From positions 2,537-66,536 of the forward strand of contig DASVDR010000045.1 in the NCBI GenBank assembly GCA_036381015.1: DNA of 64,000 nt, in the 5' to 3' direction. The notes below the pieces were generated by a model, which had not been told where the DNA came from, ran no database searches, and was given only the letters and a program-made list of their open reading frames with translations. The stretch comes from Gammaproteobacteria bacterium. GTDB lineage: Bacteria; Pseudomonadota; Gammaproteobacteria; Steroidobacterales; Rariloculaceae. The position numbers and the translations under genes were made by a program. Position 1 is the first letter of the stretch; each line of letters opens with the position of its first letter. Of the stretch, positions 55,166 to 64,000 are shown in pieces.

Positions 55166-56404
55166 ATGAACAGATCAGCTGCGAGGAGCCCGTCGGTCAA
55201 CGCTCTTATTTGCTGCTGCTCGATATTCGGATTGGTCGGGTACACCGCCGCCGCAATTGCCGAAGATCCGTGGCCCTGGAGCGGTGACGTCAGCGATGAC
55301 GCCGTGACACTTCTGCTGCTCGGAGACTTCAACGTGCAGCAAAGAGAGCACCCGGCCGACGCGCTCCAACTCGTGCGGCAAACCCTCAACGAAGCCGATC
55401 TCGTGTATGCCAACCTCGAAGGCCTGCTCGTGGAATCGAAGGGTCCCGCCTGGGATCTCCCGAACAAGAACGGATGGACGCATCTCGGGCCGGAAGCCGT
55501 GGAGGCGCTCGTCGCCGGCAATATCTCCGTGGTCGGCGTCGCCAACAACGTCGCCTACGGGCGCGACAACATCATGGCCAGCCTGTCCGTGCTGGATGCG
55601 CACGGAATCGCGCACACCGGAGCGGGGAAGGACATCGATGCAGCTCACGAACCGGCCATCGTCGAGAAGAACGGCGTGACGTTCGGCTTCCTGCAATACA
55701 CGTCGAAGTGGTACGACGAGGCAGAGCAGATCGCGACGGAAGACGCGGCGGGCGTTGCGCGGCTGAAGTCTCCGGACGGCACCACGATCGACCCGGGTGA
55801 TCTGGATCGGCTGCTGGACGACATACGGCGTACGAGACCGAAGGTGGACGTCCTCGTCGTGTCTGCCCACACGCGTGACGGCCAGGGAAGAGACGGTGCA
55901 TCGCGCGATAACCGCACGCGAAACGCGGCGACCGCGGCCGGCGCGGCGAGCGCCACAACGGCGACAAGCGCGGCCACCGACGATCTGTATTCGCGCCTCC
56001 CCGTCAACGAGAACCTGCAGTACTTCGAGCCCTACCAAAGACGCCTCGCCCAGGCCGCGATCGATGCCGGGGCCGATATCGTCTTCGGTCACGGTTGCCA
56101 CTCGCTGCAGGCCGTCGAGACCTACGCCGGTAAGCCCGTCATGTATTGCCTCGGCAATTTCGCTTCCGACTGGATACGCGTCAGAGATTATCGTGACGGG
56201 CTGGTCGCAAGGGTCGTCATCGAGGACAAGCGAGTGAAGCGTGTCTCGCTGGTGCCCGTCACGCGGGACGCCGAGACCAACAATGTATGGCTCGTGCCGC
56301 CCGACTCGCCCGAGGGCGAAAGGCTTTATGGCAAGCTCCGGGAGCTATCGGGCTCCACCGATCTGAAGCTGGACGGGCAGGAGCTGGTTCTGCTCGAGCA
56401 GTGA
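55166..56404 (+). CDS. CapA (poly-gamma-glutamate synthesis/metallophosphatase-fold) family exported protein
   Basis: LGDFN, ANLEG, VANN, AHTGAG, IDAGADIVFGH, YCLGNF. Confidence 0.82.
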   Translation: MNRSAARSPSVNALICCCSIFGLVGYTAAAIAEDPWPWSGDVSDDAVTLLLLGDFNVQQREHPADALQLVRQTLNEADLVYANLEGLLVESKGPAWDLPNKNGWTHLGPEAVEALVAGNISVVGVANNVAYGRDNIMASLSVLDAHGIAHTGAGKDIDAAHEPAIVEKNGVTFGFLQYTSKWYDEAEQIATEDAAGVARLKSPDGTTIDPGDLDRLLDDIRRTRPKVDVLVVSAHTRDGQGRDGASRDNRTRNAATAAGAASATTATSAATDDLYSRLPVNENLQYFEPYQRRLAQAAIDAGADIVFGHGCHSLQAVETYAGKPVMYCLGNFASDWIRVRDYRDGLVARVVIEDKRVKRVSLVPVTRDAETNNVWLVPPDSPEGERLYGKLRELSGSTDLKLDGQELVLLEQ

Positions 56405-56459
56405 ACGGGAGCGGAGCGCCGCGCCGAGGTCGATCCTCGAGCGAGCGCTCGCGGCGCAG

Positions 56460-57299
56460 CTACTCCCCGGCAGCCGCCTTCTGCGCCGCGAGCATCGCTT
56501 CGAAGCGCCTTTGCTGCGCGTCGATGTGGGCGAGATAGCCCGCGCGATCGATGAACGGATTCGGATCGCCGGGCTTTCGACTCTTCAGGGCGGCATATTT
56601 CTCGTCGAGCCCGTAGAAGGTGCCGTGCGAGCCGAGAAACACGTCGACGGGCAAAGCGCGCGCCTTGGCGAACGTGGCGACGTAATCGGAAGCGATCTCG
56701 GGATAGTCCTCGTTGCCGACCAGCACGTAGTTGTCGTTGACCCCGAAGCTGCAGACGATCAGCGCATGGTAAGTCCTGCCGTCTTCCTCCAAGTCGAGGC
56801 CCCAGCTCGTGCAGCCCTTCGTATGGCCCGGCGTCCGATAGGCCGTCAGCGTCGTTCCGCCGAGCGTGACCTCGTCGCCGTCGTGAAGCACGCGGTCAAT
56901 CGGATGCTCCTTCCCTCCGGGCCGCATCGCGCGGAGCGCGGGGACGTCTTCGGCCATGGCCATGACCGTCGCGCCGGTCAGGGACTTCACCAGCGCGTCA
57001 CCCTGCATATGGTCGCCGTGAGCATGGCTGCCGAGCAGGATCTCGATATCGCCGAACTCGAAGCCGAGCTGCTCGACATTCTCGCGCAGCACCGGAACGC
57101 TGCTCTCGAAATCGCTGTTGATGAGAATGTGACCATCGGGCGTCGTGATCAGAAACGAGGCGAGCTGCGCCGTGCCGACGTAGTAGAGATTGTCCATGAC
57201 ACGATGAGGAGGGAACGGCGCGTTCCAATTTACTCGGGGTTGAGCGCTCGCGACGACGGCCGTCAACGACGACGCTACGAGAAATGCGGCTCTTTTCAT
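56460..57299 (-). CDS. Subclass B3 metallo-beta-lactamase-like protein
   Basis: Signal peptide; W..PFPPHRVMDNLYYVGT; SHAHGDH; TPGHTKGC; LGSH. The six zinc ligands are recognisable. Confidence 0.88.
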   Translation of the reverse strand: MKRAAFLVASSLTAVVASAQPRVNWNAPFPPHRVMDNLYYVGTAQLASFLITTPDGHILINSDFESSVPVLRENVEQLGFEFGDIEILLGSHAHGDHMQGDALVKSLTGATVMAMAEDVPALRAMRPGGKEHPIDRVLHDGDEVTLGGTTLTAYRTPGHTKGCTSWGLDLEEDGRTYHALIVCSFGVNDNYVLVGNEDYPEIASDYVATFAKARALPVDVFLGSHGTFYGLDEKYAALKSRKPGDPNPFIDRAGYLAHIDAQQRRFEAMLAAQKAAAGE

Positions 57300-57326
57300 G
57301 ATCGTTCGTTCTTTTTTAAGTTCGCG

Positions 57327-57498
57327 GGTGTCCCGCAAATACCTCTACATGACACTTGCCGGGAACGCCGTGGATACGTCCCTGTAGGCTCGCTCGCGCG
57401 CGTCCATGCCCGGGGTCCCCGGCGCGAACACAGTGAGCGCTGGGGTGGCGTGGGCGAGCGTCCCGTCAAGCGTCATGTAGAGGTATTTGTGCGACACC
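57327..57498. mobile_element. 172-bp MITE/REP-like element with about 40-bp imperfect terminal inverted repeats
   Basis: CAAATACCTCTACATGAC (57336-57353) is the exact reverse complement of 57472-57489; the match extends imperfectly outward to GGTGTC/GACACC and inward to CTTG.CGGGA. Confidence 0.55.
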
Positions 57499-57578
57499 GT
57501 ACTAGAGCATGGGCGGGGCAGCCGGTCAAATTGGAGTCGCCGCACCACGCCCGTCCGCCGGGCCACGGCGCAGCGGCG

Positions 57579-58328
57579 TCACGGAGCGGACCCGGAGTCC
57601 GGCAGGCTGCGTAGCAGAATCCGTGCTTGCGCCATGCAGCCTCGCGTCGCAAGCCAGGCGACCGTGGTGAGTCCCTTGTCGGCGAGCCCCGGAGGCAGCG
57701 TGTGCACCCGGATCGCCGTCGAGCGAAGCTCGTCGCCGAACCTGACGAGATAGATGCGATTGTCGCCGGGCAAGGTTCCGAGCGGCCAGTCCGCCTGTTG
57801 CCGATCGCTCCAGTCGAGCTCGGCCGATTCTCCGCTCGCGACGTCGAGCAATGTCGAGCGGCCACCCCGATCGAGGTGTTCGCGCCAAAGGCCCACGGGA
57901 CGGCCGGCGAGGACGCACTGCTCGGATGCGAGCTCGGCGTGAATCAGCCACGGGTCGGGGCGCGTATCGGCAGGCTGCGAAGTCTCGTCTTCGCCGCCGC
58001 GAACGCCTCCGAGCCCTTCGACCTCCGGGCGCTCCATCCCGAACAGCTGCCCGAGCAGCCTGCGCAACCGGCTTTCGGGCGCAGGTCTTCCCGTCGCGGG
58101 TCCGTCGTGCGGACCTTCGACGACCAGCGTGCGGCCGTCCTCCGCAGCGAGCACGACGGTCTCGTCCCGGCCGAGCGTCAACGGTGCCTCGGTGTCCAAA
58201 GTTTGCCCGACGGTGAATCGGCTCGTGTTCGACTCCAAGACGACGCTCTCGGCGGCCTGCGACGATGGGAACGCGAGCGACGCCAGAGCTCCGAATGCAG
58301 CTGCGGCTGCGACATCTTCGATGCGCAT
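57579..58328 (-). CDS. Exported hypothetical protein coupled to the CHASE2 cyclase
   Basis: GGAGG RBS; start overlaps the cyclase stop; signal peptide ending SSQA-AE; C-terminal AWLATRGC. Confidence 0.75.
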   Translation of the reverse strand: MRIEDVAAAAAFGALASLAFPSSQAAESVVLESNTSRFTVGQTLDTEAPLTLGRDETVVLAAEDGRTLVVEGPHDGPATGRPAPESRLRRLLGQLFGMERPEVEGLGGVRGGEDETSQPADTRPDPWLIHAELASEQCVLAGRPVGLWREHLDRGGRSTLLDVASGESAELDWSDRQQADWPLGTLPGDNRIYLVRFGDELRSTAIRVHTLPPGLADKGLTTVAWLATRGCMAQARILLRSLPDSGSAP

Positions 58329-60262
58329 CACTTTTCCTCCAGCACGATCCTGGCGCCCGTCGCTCCGCACGCGAGACGCCGATAGTGATATGCGACGAGC
58401 GGGTCGTCCGGCACGCACCTATGCAGCGCGGCGAACAGCTCGAGGCTCGCGGAATCGCCTCTCTGCAACGCGGCGTAGGCCGCGAGGTAGTCGTCTCGAT
58501 GCTCGGCGGGAAGGCCGTCCCAGGGTGCCACGCACTCGAGGCCCTCGGTCTTGCCTTTGACGACGAGATCGCCCACCGGTCTGAATGAAACGTCCGAGCA
58601 CTGTTGCGCGGTCTCGGCGCTGATGCATAAACGCGTGCCGAGCTGCTTGTTCGCCGATTCGAGCCGCGCAGCCACGTTGACGCAGTCGCCGTGCGCCGTG
58701 TAGTGCAGGCGGTCAGTGCTGCCGACGTTGCCGACGATTGCCGTGCCGCTGTGCACACCGATGCGCGTGATGCCCATCTCGACGCCGCATGCGGCCTGCG
58801 TAAGACGAAAGGCCTCGCAATAGCGATCGATATCGACGGCGCAGCGGACGGCGCGCGCCGCATGGTCCGGCTGCTCGGCAGGTGCGCCGAAGAGGATCGC
58901 GACGCTGTCGCCGACGAGCCGGTCCACGGTGCCGCCGTGCGCGAACGCGATGCGCAACATCCCGTCGAAATAGCCCTGCAATAGCGCAACGACGACCTCC
59001 GGATCGTGACGCTCGGCCAGCGTGGTGAAGCCCGCGAGATCGGAAAACACGAAGCTCATGCGCCGCTTCTCTCCGCCCAATCCGAGCTTTCGGGGGTCGG
59101 ACAGGATGTGCTCGATGACGGCGGGGGATACGTACCTTTGAAACGCCTGTCGGATGAAGCGCTTCTCGGCGCGGTCCTCGTAGCGTGCGTAAGCGCTGCC
59201 GAAGCCCACGCTGAGCAGCAGGCCGAGCGGCGGCCCGAGCGGCGGCAGCAACACTCCGCCGTGCATGAAATGGACCAAGCCCGCGGCCCAATAGCCCAGC
59301 ACGGCGCCGATCGACAGGATCGTCTTCGCCAACAGACCGAGGCCGGTGAAGGGCAGGGCGAAGCCGAGCGATACGGCCGTGAGCAGCAACGCGCCTTCGA
59401 GCCAGCCGGGCGCCGCCGGATAGCGCGTGCCGTCGAGCAGTTGCGCGAGCGCTTGGGCATGAATCTCGACGCCGGCCATCGTCGCGTGCTCGCCGCCGAG
59501 CACCGAAAGCGGCGTGCGAAAGCGGTCTTCGTTCGGCAGGTCGGCGCCGACGAGAACGATCGAATCGGCGAGCCAACCCTCGGGCAGGCTGCTCAAGTGA
59601 TGAGCCGGGAAGCTGCGTATGAAGGGCGGCGGTGGCGAGCCTGCCGCATCCAGCCTGAAGTGGAGGCGCACGGCCGCCCGCGGCGGGTCCACACCGACCG
59701 CCTCGGCGAGCGCGGCCGCGAAGCTCGGCATCGAGACCGAGCCGCCCGGAAACGTCGGATAGATGTTCCGGACGACGCCGGCCGTCGAGAACATCGTTGC
59801 GAAGCCGACCTTCCGCCCCTCGAGATAGCTGTGCTGAAACTCGAGCTGGCGCGGTGTGAGCCCGTCCGCCGCGTTGCCCGCGGCAACGACAACGGGTCCG
59901 GGGAAACGGGCGATGGCGGCGAGCAGCGCTTCGTCGTCCTCGGGTTTCGTCGGCTGGTCGAAGATGATGTCGAGGCCCACGGCGCGCACTTGACGCCGCG
60001 ACAGCTCGTCGATCAGGCCGGCAAGAAAGCCTCTGTCGAGCGGCGAGCGGAACGGAAGCCGAGACAGCGTGTCCTCGGTGATCGCAACGACGACGACGTC
60101 GCGGTTCTGGGGAGGGCGTACGGAGAAGTTGGCGAATGCGACGTCCTCGAGCCAGGCCGATCCCGGCGCAAGCCACGATCCGTGACGCGTGCCGAACCAG
60201 GCGAGCGCTGCAGCGAGCACGCAAAGAGCGAACCGTGCACGGACCGATCGTTTCGTCAACAC
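58328..60262 (-). CDS. CHASE2-domain class III adenylate/guanylate cyclase
   Basis: VVVVAITEDT..PFRSPLDR, VGLDIIF, GVEIHAQ, three TM helices, FSDLAGFT, GDSV, YTAHGDCVNVAARLE. Confidence 0.9.
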   Translation of the reverse strand: MLTKRSVRARFALCVLAAALAWFGTRHGSWLAPGSAWLEDVAFANFSVRPPQNRDVVVVAITEDTLSRLPFRSPLDRGFLAGLIDELSRRQVRAVGLDIIFDQPTKPEDDEALLAAIARFPGPVVVAAGNAADGLTPRQLEFQHSYLEGRKVGFATMFSTAGVVRNIYPTFPGGSVSMPSFAAALAEAVGVDPPRAAVRLHFRLDAAGSPPPPFIRSFPAHHLSSLPEGWLADSIVLVGADLPNEDRFRTPLSVLGGEHATMAGVEIHAQALAQLLDGTRYPAAPGWLEGALLLTAVSLGFALPFTGLGLLAKTILSIGAVLGYWAAGLVHFMHGGVLLPPLGPPLGLLLSVGFGSAYARYEDRAEKRFIRQAFQRYVSPAVIEHILSDPRKLGLGGEKRRMSFVFSDLAGFTTLAERHDPEVVVALLQGYFDGMLRIAFAHGGTVDRLVGDSVAILFGAPAEQPDHAARAVRCAVDIDRYCEAFRLTQAACGVEMGITRIGVHSGTAIVGNVGSTDRLHYTAHGDCVNVAARLESANKQLGTRLCISAETAQQCSDVSFRPVGDLVVKGKTEGLECVAPWDGLPAEHRDDYLAAYAALQRGDSASLELFAALHRCVPDDPLVAYHYRRLACGATGARIVLEEK

Positions 60263-60383
60263 GGTTGCTCCCGATTGTCCCAGGGGTGAGATAATTATCG
60301 GGGCAATCGCAGTGTATGGTAGAGTCGGAAAAAAGGGCAAGACGGTGTGCAACGCGGTTGGAGCCGGGATCGTGCCTGTCGTC

Positions 60384-62567
60384 ATGTCCGTGCGGCGTTC
60401 CCGAGGCCGGTGCTTCTTGATACCGCTTTTGGCCTGGGCGTCGTTTTGCCCCGTTCCTTCGGCCGGTACGGAGCGTTGCGAAGACGCGGTCTCGCCGTCC
60501 GCATCGGTATCCGACCACCTCGCCGCCGCCGACTGCTATCAGCGGTCCGGCCAGAGCGTACGCGCCCTGGATCGGTTGCGCGCGGCGCTCGGGCTCGTCG
60601 CCGCGGGCCGAGGGGGGATCAAGGACACCGTCGCGATCCAGGGGCGCCTCGGCCAGGTCCATGGCGCTCTCGGCGATTACCAGAGTGCGCTGGAGAGCCT
60701 CACGCGCGGCATCGAAGCGGCCGCCGACGCCGGCCTGCGGGAAGCGGCAGCCCCGTTGCTCAACGATCTCGGCGGCGTCTATATGGCCCTCGAGGCGCCG
60801 CGCGAGGGCCTCGCCGCGTTCGCGGACGCCGCGCGGCTTGCAGACCCCACGACCGCGCTGGCGCTCACCGCCCGCGTCAATCTGGCACGCGCCCTCATCG
60901 AGACCGGCGCCGCCGCCGATCTGCCGGCCCGGCTCGACGAGCTCGGAAGCGAAGCGCTGGGCCTCGAGGACGGTGCGCCCAAGGTATCGATCCTGCTGAG
61001 CCTTGCGGAGCTCCATCGAAGCCTCGGCTCGGCCGCGCGGGAGCCCGCGCAGCGCGGCGCGGCGCGAGCCTTGGCCGAGCAGGCGCTCGCAATCGCGAGC
61101 GAGCTCGACGACCCGCGGCTCGTTTCCCATGCCTACGGCGAGCTCGGTCTGGCCGCGGCCGACCTCGGCGCACCGGACGATGCGCTGAAGGCGTTGCGCA
61201 CGGCCGTGCTCGTCGCGCAACGGGGCGGCGCGGACGACGGCCTCTACCGATGGGAGTGGCAGAGCGCACGGTTGCTGCGAGCACGCGGCCGCAACGACGA
61301 GGCGCTCGTCGCATATCGGTCCGCGATCGATACGCTTTCGGCCACGCAGGTCGCCCTCGTGACCTCGCGCCGCGGTTTCGCGAAGGACGTTCTGCCGCTC
61401 TACGAGGAGTATGCGGACCTCTTGCTCGCGAGCACCCGGGGCCGCAGCGCCGCGGAGGCCAGCGCGGCGCTTCGTGACGTGCAGCAGGCGCTCGAGAAGC
61501 TCAGGGTCGCCGAGGTGCGAAACTACTTCGAGGACCAATGCGCCGTGCCGGAGGTCTTCGATGCGGCGCAAGGTCAGCCGCAAGGTGTGCTCGTGATTTA
61601 TCCCGTGCTCTTCGCCGACCGCGTGGAGCTGCTCGTGAGCACGGGTAACGAGCTAGTGCAGTTCACGTCGAAGGTGAGTCTCGACGAGCTCACGCAGGAA
61701 ACGCGTGCGTTGCGCGAGTCGATCGAAGACAGCCGTTCGGGCGATGCGTATCTGGGACCCGCCAGGCGCCTCTACGATTGGCTCATCCGCCCGCTCGAGA
61801 GCGTCCTCCGAAGCGCGGCGCCCGACACGCTGGTTTTCGTTCCCGACGGCGTCCTCAGGACCGTTCCGCTGACCGTGCTGCACGACGGGCAACGCTTTCT
61901 CATCGAACGATACGCGATCGCGACGACGCCGGCGCTGTCGCTGATAGGCGTCGTGAACAGGGCGCCGGTCACCCGGGTCCTGGTCAACGGAATTACGGAG
62001 CCGGTGCAGGGGTTTCCGGGCCTGCCGTTCGTTGCGGCCGAGCTCGACAGCGTCGAGCAGACGTTCCCTGCGCGCGTGTACAAGGACGAAGCCTTCCGCA
62101 CGGAAACGCTCAAGCGGGAAATCGTCGAGGGCGGCTATTCCATCGTGCACATGGCGACGCACGCCGAGTTCGAGTCGGATTATCGACGATCGTTCCTGCT
62201 GACTTACGACGACGTGATCACGATGAACGAGCTCGAAGACATCGTCGGCAGCCAACGCTACACGGACCGTCCGGTGGACCTGCTCGTGTTGAGCGCCTGC
62301 CGGACGGCGGCCGGAGACGACCGCGCCGCGCTCGGTCTCGCCGGAATCGCGGTCAAGGCCGGCGCGAGGAGCGCTCTCGCGTCGCTTTGGCTGATCAGCG
62401 ACGAATCGACGGCTGCTCTGATCTCGGAGTTCTACCGGCAGCTCGCGGATCCGAGAAACAGCAAGGCGGGGGCGCTGCGCGGCGCGCAGCTGCTGCTGAT
62501 GAACGACGAAGGTCACGAGCATCCGGCGTACTGGGCGCCGTTCCTCTTGATCGGAGACTGGCGCTGA
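60384..62567 (+). CDS. TPR + CHAT (caspase-like) domain protein
   Basis: Signal-like N-terminus, TPR region, VFVPDGVL..VPL, VHMATHAEF (His), LLVLSAC (Cys), HPAYWAPF. Confidence 0.88.
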   Translation: MSVRRSRGRCFLIPLLAWASFCPVPSAGTERCEDAVSPSASVSDHLAAADCYQRSGQSVRALDRLRAALGLVAAGRGGIKDTVAIQGRLGQVHGALGDYQSALESLTRGIEAAADAGLREAAAPLLNDLGGVYMALEAPREGLAAFADAARLADPTTALALTARVNLARALIETGAAADLPARLDELGSEALGLEDGAPKVSILLSLAELHRSLGSAAREPAQRGAARALAEQALAIASELDDPRLVSHAYGELGLAAADLGAPDDALKALRTAVLVAQRGGADDGLYRWEWQSARLLRARGRNDEALVAYRSAIDTLSATQVALVTSRRGFAKDVLPLYEEYADLLLASTRGRSAAEASAALRDVQQALEKLRVAEVRNYFEDQCAVPEVFDAAQGQPQGVLVIYPVLFADRVELLVSTGNELVQFTSKVSLDELTQETRALRESIEDSRSGDAYLGPARRLYDWLIRPLESVLRSAAPDTLVFVPDGVLRTVPLTVLHDGQRFLIERYAIATTPALSLIGVVNRAPVTRVLVNGITEPVQGFPGLPFVAAELDSVEQTFPARVYKDEAFRTETLKREIVEGGYSIVHMATHAEFESDYRRSFLLTYDDVITMNELEDIVGSQRYTDRPVDLLVLSACRTAAGDDRAALGLAGIAVKAGARSALASLWLISDESTAALISEFYRQLADPRNSKAGALRGAQLLLMNDEGHEHPAYWAPFLLIGDWR

Positions 62568-62673
62568 CGTGAGCACGCGGTCGGCATCGACGAGAGCTGC
62601 GGCCGTCGTCGGCGGGTATCGGCTCGCACCTGCAGCGGCAGCCGCCGGCGTGCCCGTCGACGCACGCTCGGGC

Positions 62674-63999
62674 ATGCAGAGCCGCGGCAACGCCGCGGTC
62701 CGCGTTCTCGCCGTTCTGACCGTGATCGGTGCGCTCATGGCCGCCGAAGCCGTCGCGCAGAGCGATGCACGGCGCGGCACCGAAGTGGATTTGGCGACGC
62801 TCGACACCGTCGAGGTCCGCTCGATCCGGGTCGACGGCAGCTCGGTGTTTACGGCTGCGGAGCTCGCGGCCGCTGTCGCGCCCTACGAGCAGCGGGCGAT
62901 CACGTTCGAGGAGCTTGACGAACTGCGTCATGCGCTGTCACAGCGCTACGCGGCGCGCGGCTACGTGAGCTCCGGCGTCGTGATTCCCGACCAGCGCATC
63001 TTGGACGGCGTGGTGACGCTTCAAGCGGTCGAGGGCGGGCTTACCGACATCACGGTCTCCGGCAACCGGCGGCTGCGAGAGCGGACGATCGAGCGGCGCA
63101 TCGAGCACAGGCTCGGCGTGCCGTTGAACGTCAACGACCTGCAGGCGGCTCTGCACGCGCTGCAGGAAGACCCGCTGATCCAGCGCATCGACGCGCAGTT
63201 GCTGCCGGGAGAGGCGCTCGGCGAGAGTCACCTCCGCCTCGGCGTGACGGAACGCCCGCCGCTCGACCTCGCGGTGATTGCGAGCAACGATCGTTCGGCC
63301 AGCGTCGGGGAGGATCGCGGGCTGCTGGGCCTGACGTACCGCGGTCTGATCGGCAACGGCGACGTCTTGAGCGGCCAGCTCGGGCTGACCTCGGGCGTGC
63401 GGGACAGCGTGCTGTCCTACAGCGTGCCCATCGGCGCCGGGGGCACGGCGCTCGAGCTGCTGCTCACCGACCAGGACGCGGACATCGTCGAAGACCCGTT
63501 CGACACGCTCGACATCGAGAGTCGCCTCGAATCCTGGAGCGTGACCGCGACTCGGCCGTTCGTGGAGCAGTCGGGGCAGTCGGTAACGGGCATCGCCTAC
63601 TTCGAGCACAAACGCAGTGAAAGCACGCTGCTAGGTATGCCGTTCTCGTTCTCGCCGGGCGACATCGACGGCAAAGCCGAGGGCAGCTCGGTCGGCATAG
63701 GGGCGGAGTGGATCCGACGCGGCGCCGCGCAGGCCTGGTCCGCACGCGCGACGCTGCGGGTGGGCGTCGATGCGCTCGATGCAATGGTGAGAGCCGCTGG
63801 CCCCGACGGCCGCTTCACGGCGTTTCTCGGGCAGTTCCAATACCTTCGTCAACTCGCCTGGCGCGGCAGCGAGGTGCTCGTGCGCCAGACGGTGCAGATC
63901 GCGTTCGATCCACTGCTCGCGATGTACAAGCTGCCGATCGGCGGTCGCTATACCGTGCGCGGCTATCGCGAGAACTCGTTCGTGCGCGACAACGGGGCG
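62674..63999 (+). CDS. ShlB/FhaC/HecB two-partner secretion TpsB protein (3' end off window)
   Basis: Manual translation: signal-like segment, POTRA (GSSVF...Y..RGYVSSGVVIPDQ..VEG), and the VRGY motif at 63955. Start may be GTG 62569. Confidence 0.88.
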   Translation, partial: MQSRGNAAVRVLAVLTVIGALMAAEAVAQSDARRGTEVDLATLDTVEVRSIRVDGSSVFTAAELAAAVAPYEQRAITFEELDELRHALSQRYAARGYVSSGVVIPDQRILDGVVTLQAVEGGLTDITVSGNRRLRERTIERRIEHRLGVPLNVNDLQAALHALQEDPLIQRIDAQLLPGEALGESHLRLGVTERPPLDLAVIASNDRSASVGEDRGLLGLTYRGLIGNGDVLSGQLGLTSGVRDSVLSYSVPIGAGGTALELLLTDQDADIVEDPFDTLDIESRLESWSVTATRPFVEQSGQSVTGIAYFEHKRSESTLLGMPFSFSPGDIDGKAEGSSVGIGAEWIRRGAAQAWSARATLRVGVDALDAMVRAAGPDGRFTAFLGQFQYLRQLAWRGSEVLVRQTVQIAFDPLLAMYKLPIGGRYTVRGYRENSFVRDNGA

Positions 64000-64000
64000 G

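Noticed and set aside
55166-56404. Poly-gamma-glutamate capsule locus
   Set aside because: Only a CapA-like gene is present; capB and capC are absent.
58713-61583. 956-aa minus-strand ORF
   Set aside because: Out-of-frame overlap of the cyclase and antisense to the CHAT gene; Arg/Ala-rich noise.
1-64000. CRISPR arrays, tRNA/rRNA, integrase or transposase genes, recognisable anti-phage defence genes
   Set aside because: No repeat-spacer periodicity, RNA-gene signatures or catalytic motifs seen. The CHAT and cyclase genes have exported/CHASE2 architecture rather than that of known CBASS or Pycsar effectors.

Overview
GC-rich bacterial chromosomal segment, probably from an uncultured Gammaproteobacterium (inference from gene families). 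It is densely coding, with about 45 real CDSs; I saw no rRNA, tRNA, CRISPR array or intact transposase. From left to right: (i) an fde-like aromatic ring-cleavage operon plus an HpcH-type aldolase that carries a signal peptide; (ii) a block of exported proteins of unknown function (esterase, MBL-fold protein, two related hypothetical proteins, DUF6152, VOC protein); (iii) three TonB-dependent receptors with a 598-aa orphan, two SDRs, a JmjC/cupin and a flavin-dependent halogenase; (iv) a DUF1592-DUF1552-ankyrin operon; (v) a copper locus (copAB followed by a scar that looks like deleted copC/copD); (vi) cls, DUF4168 and pqaA; (vii) the strongest candidate for an undescribed system: an exported PPP phosphatase fused to a degenerate kinase-like domain, convergent on an ATP/ADP-translocase (NTT/TLC)-family transporter fused through an extra membrane helix to a CotH-like kinase-fold domain, with a divergent wHTH-TPR regulator; (viii) a CapA-like protein and a B3 metallo-beta-lactamase preceded by a MITE-like inverted repeat; (ix) a CHASE2 cyclase / CHAT protease / TpsB locus running off the window end. 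All family assignments are from motif recognition by eye; no searches were run.
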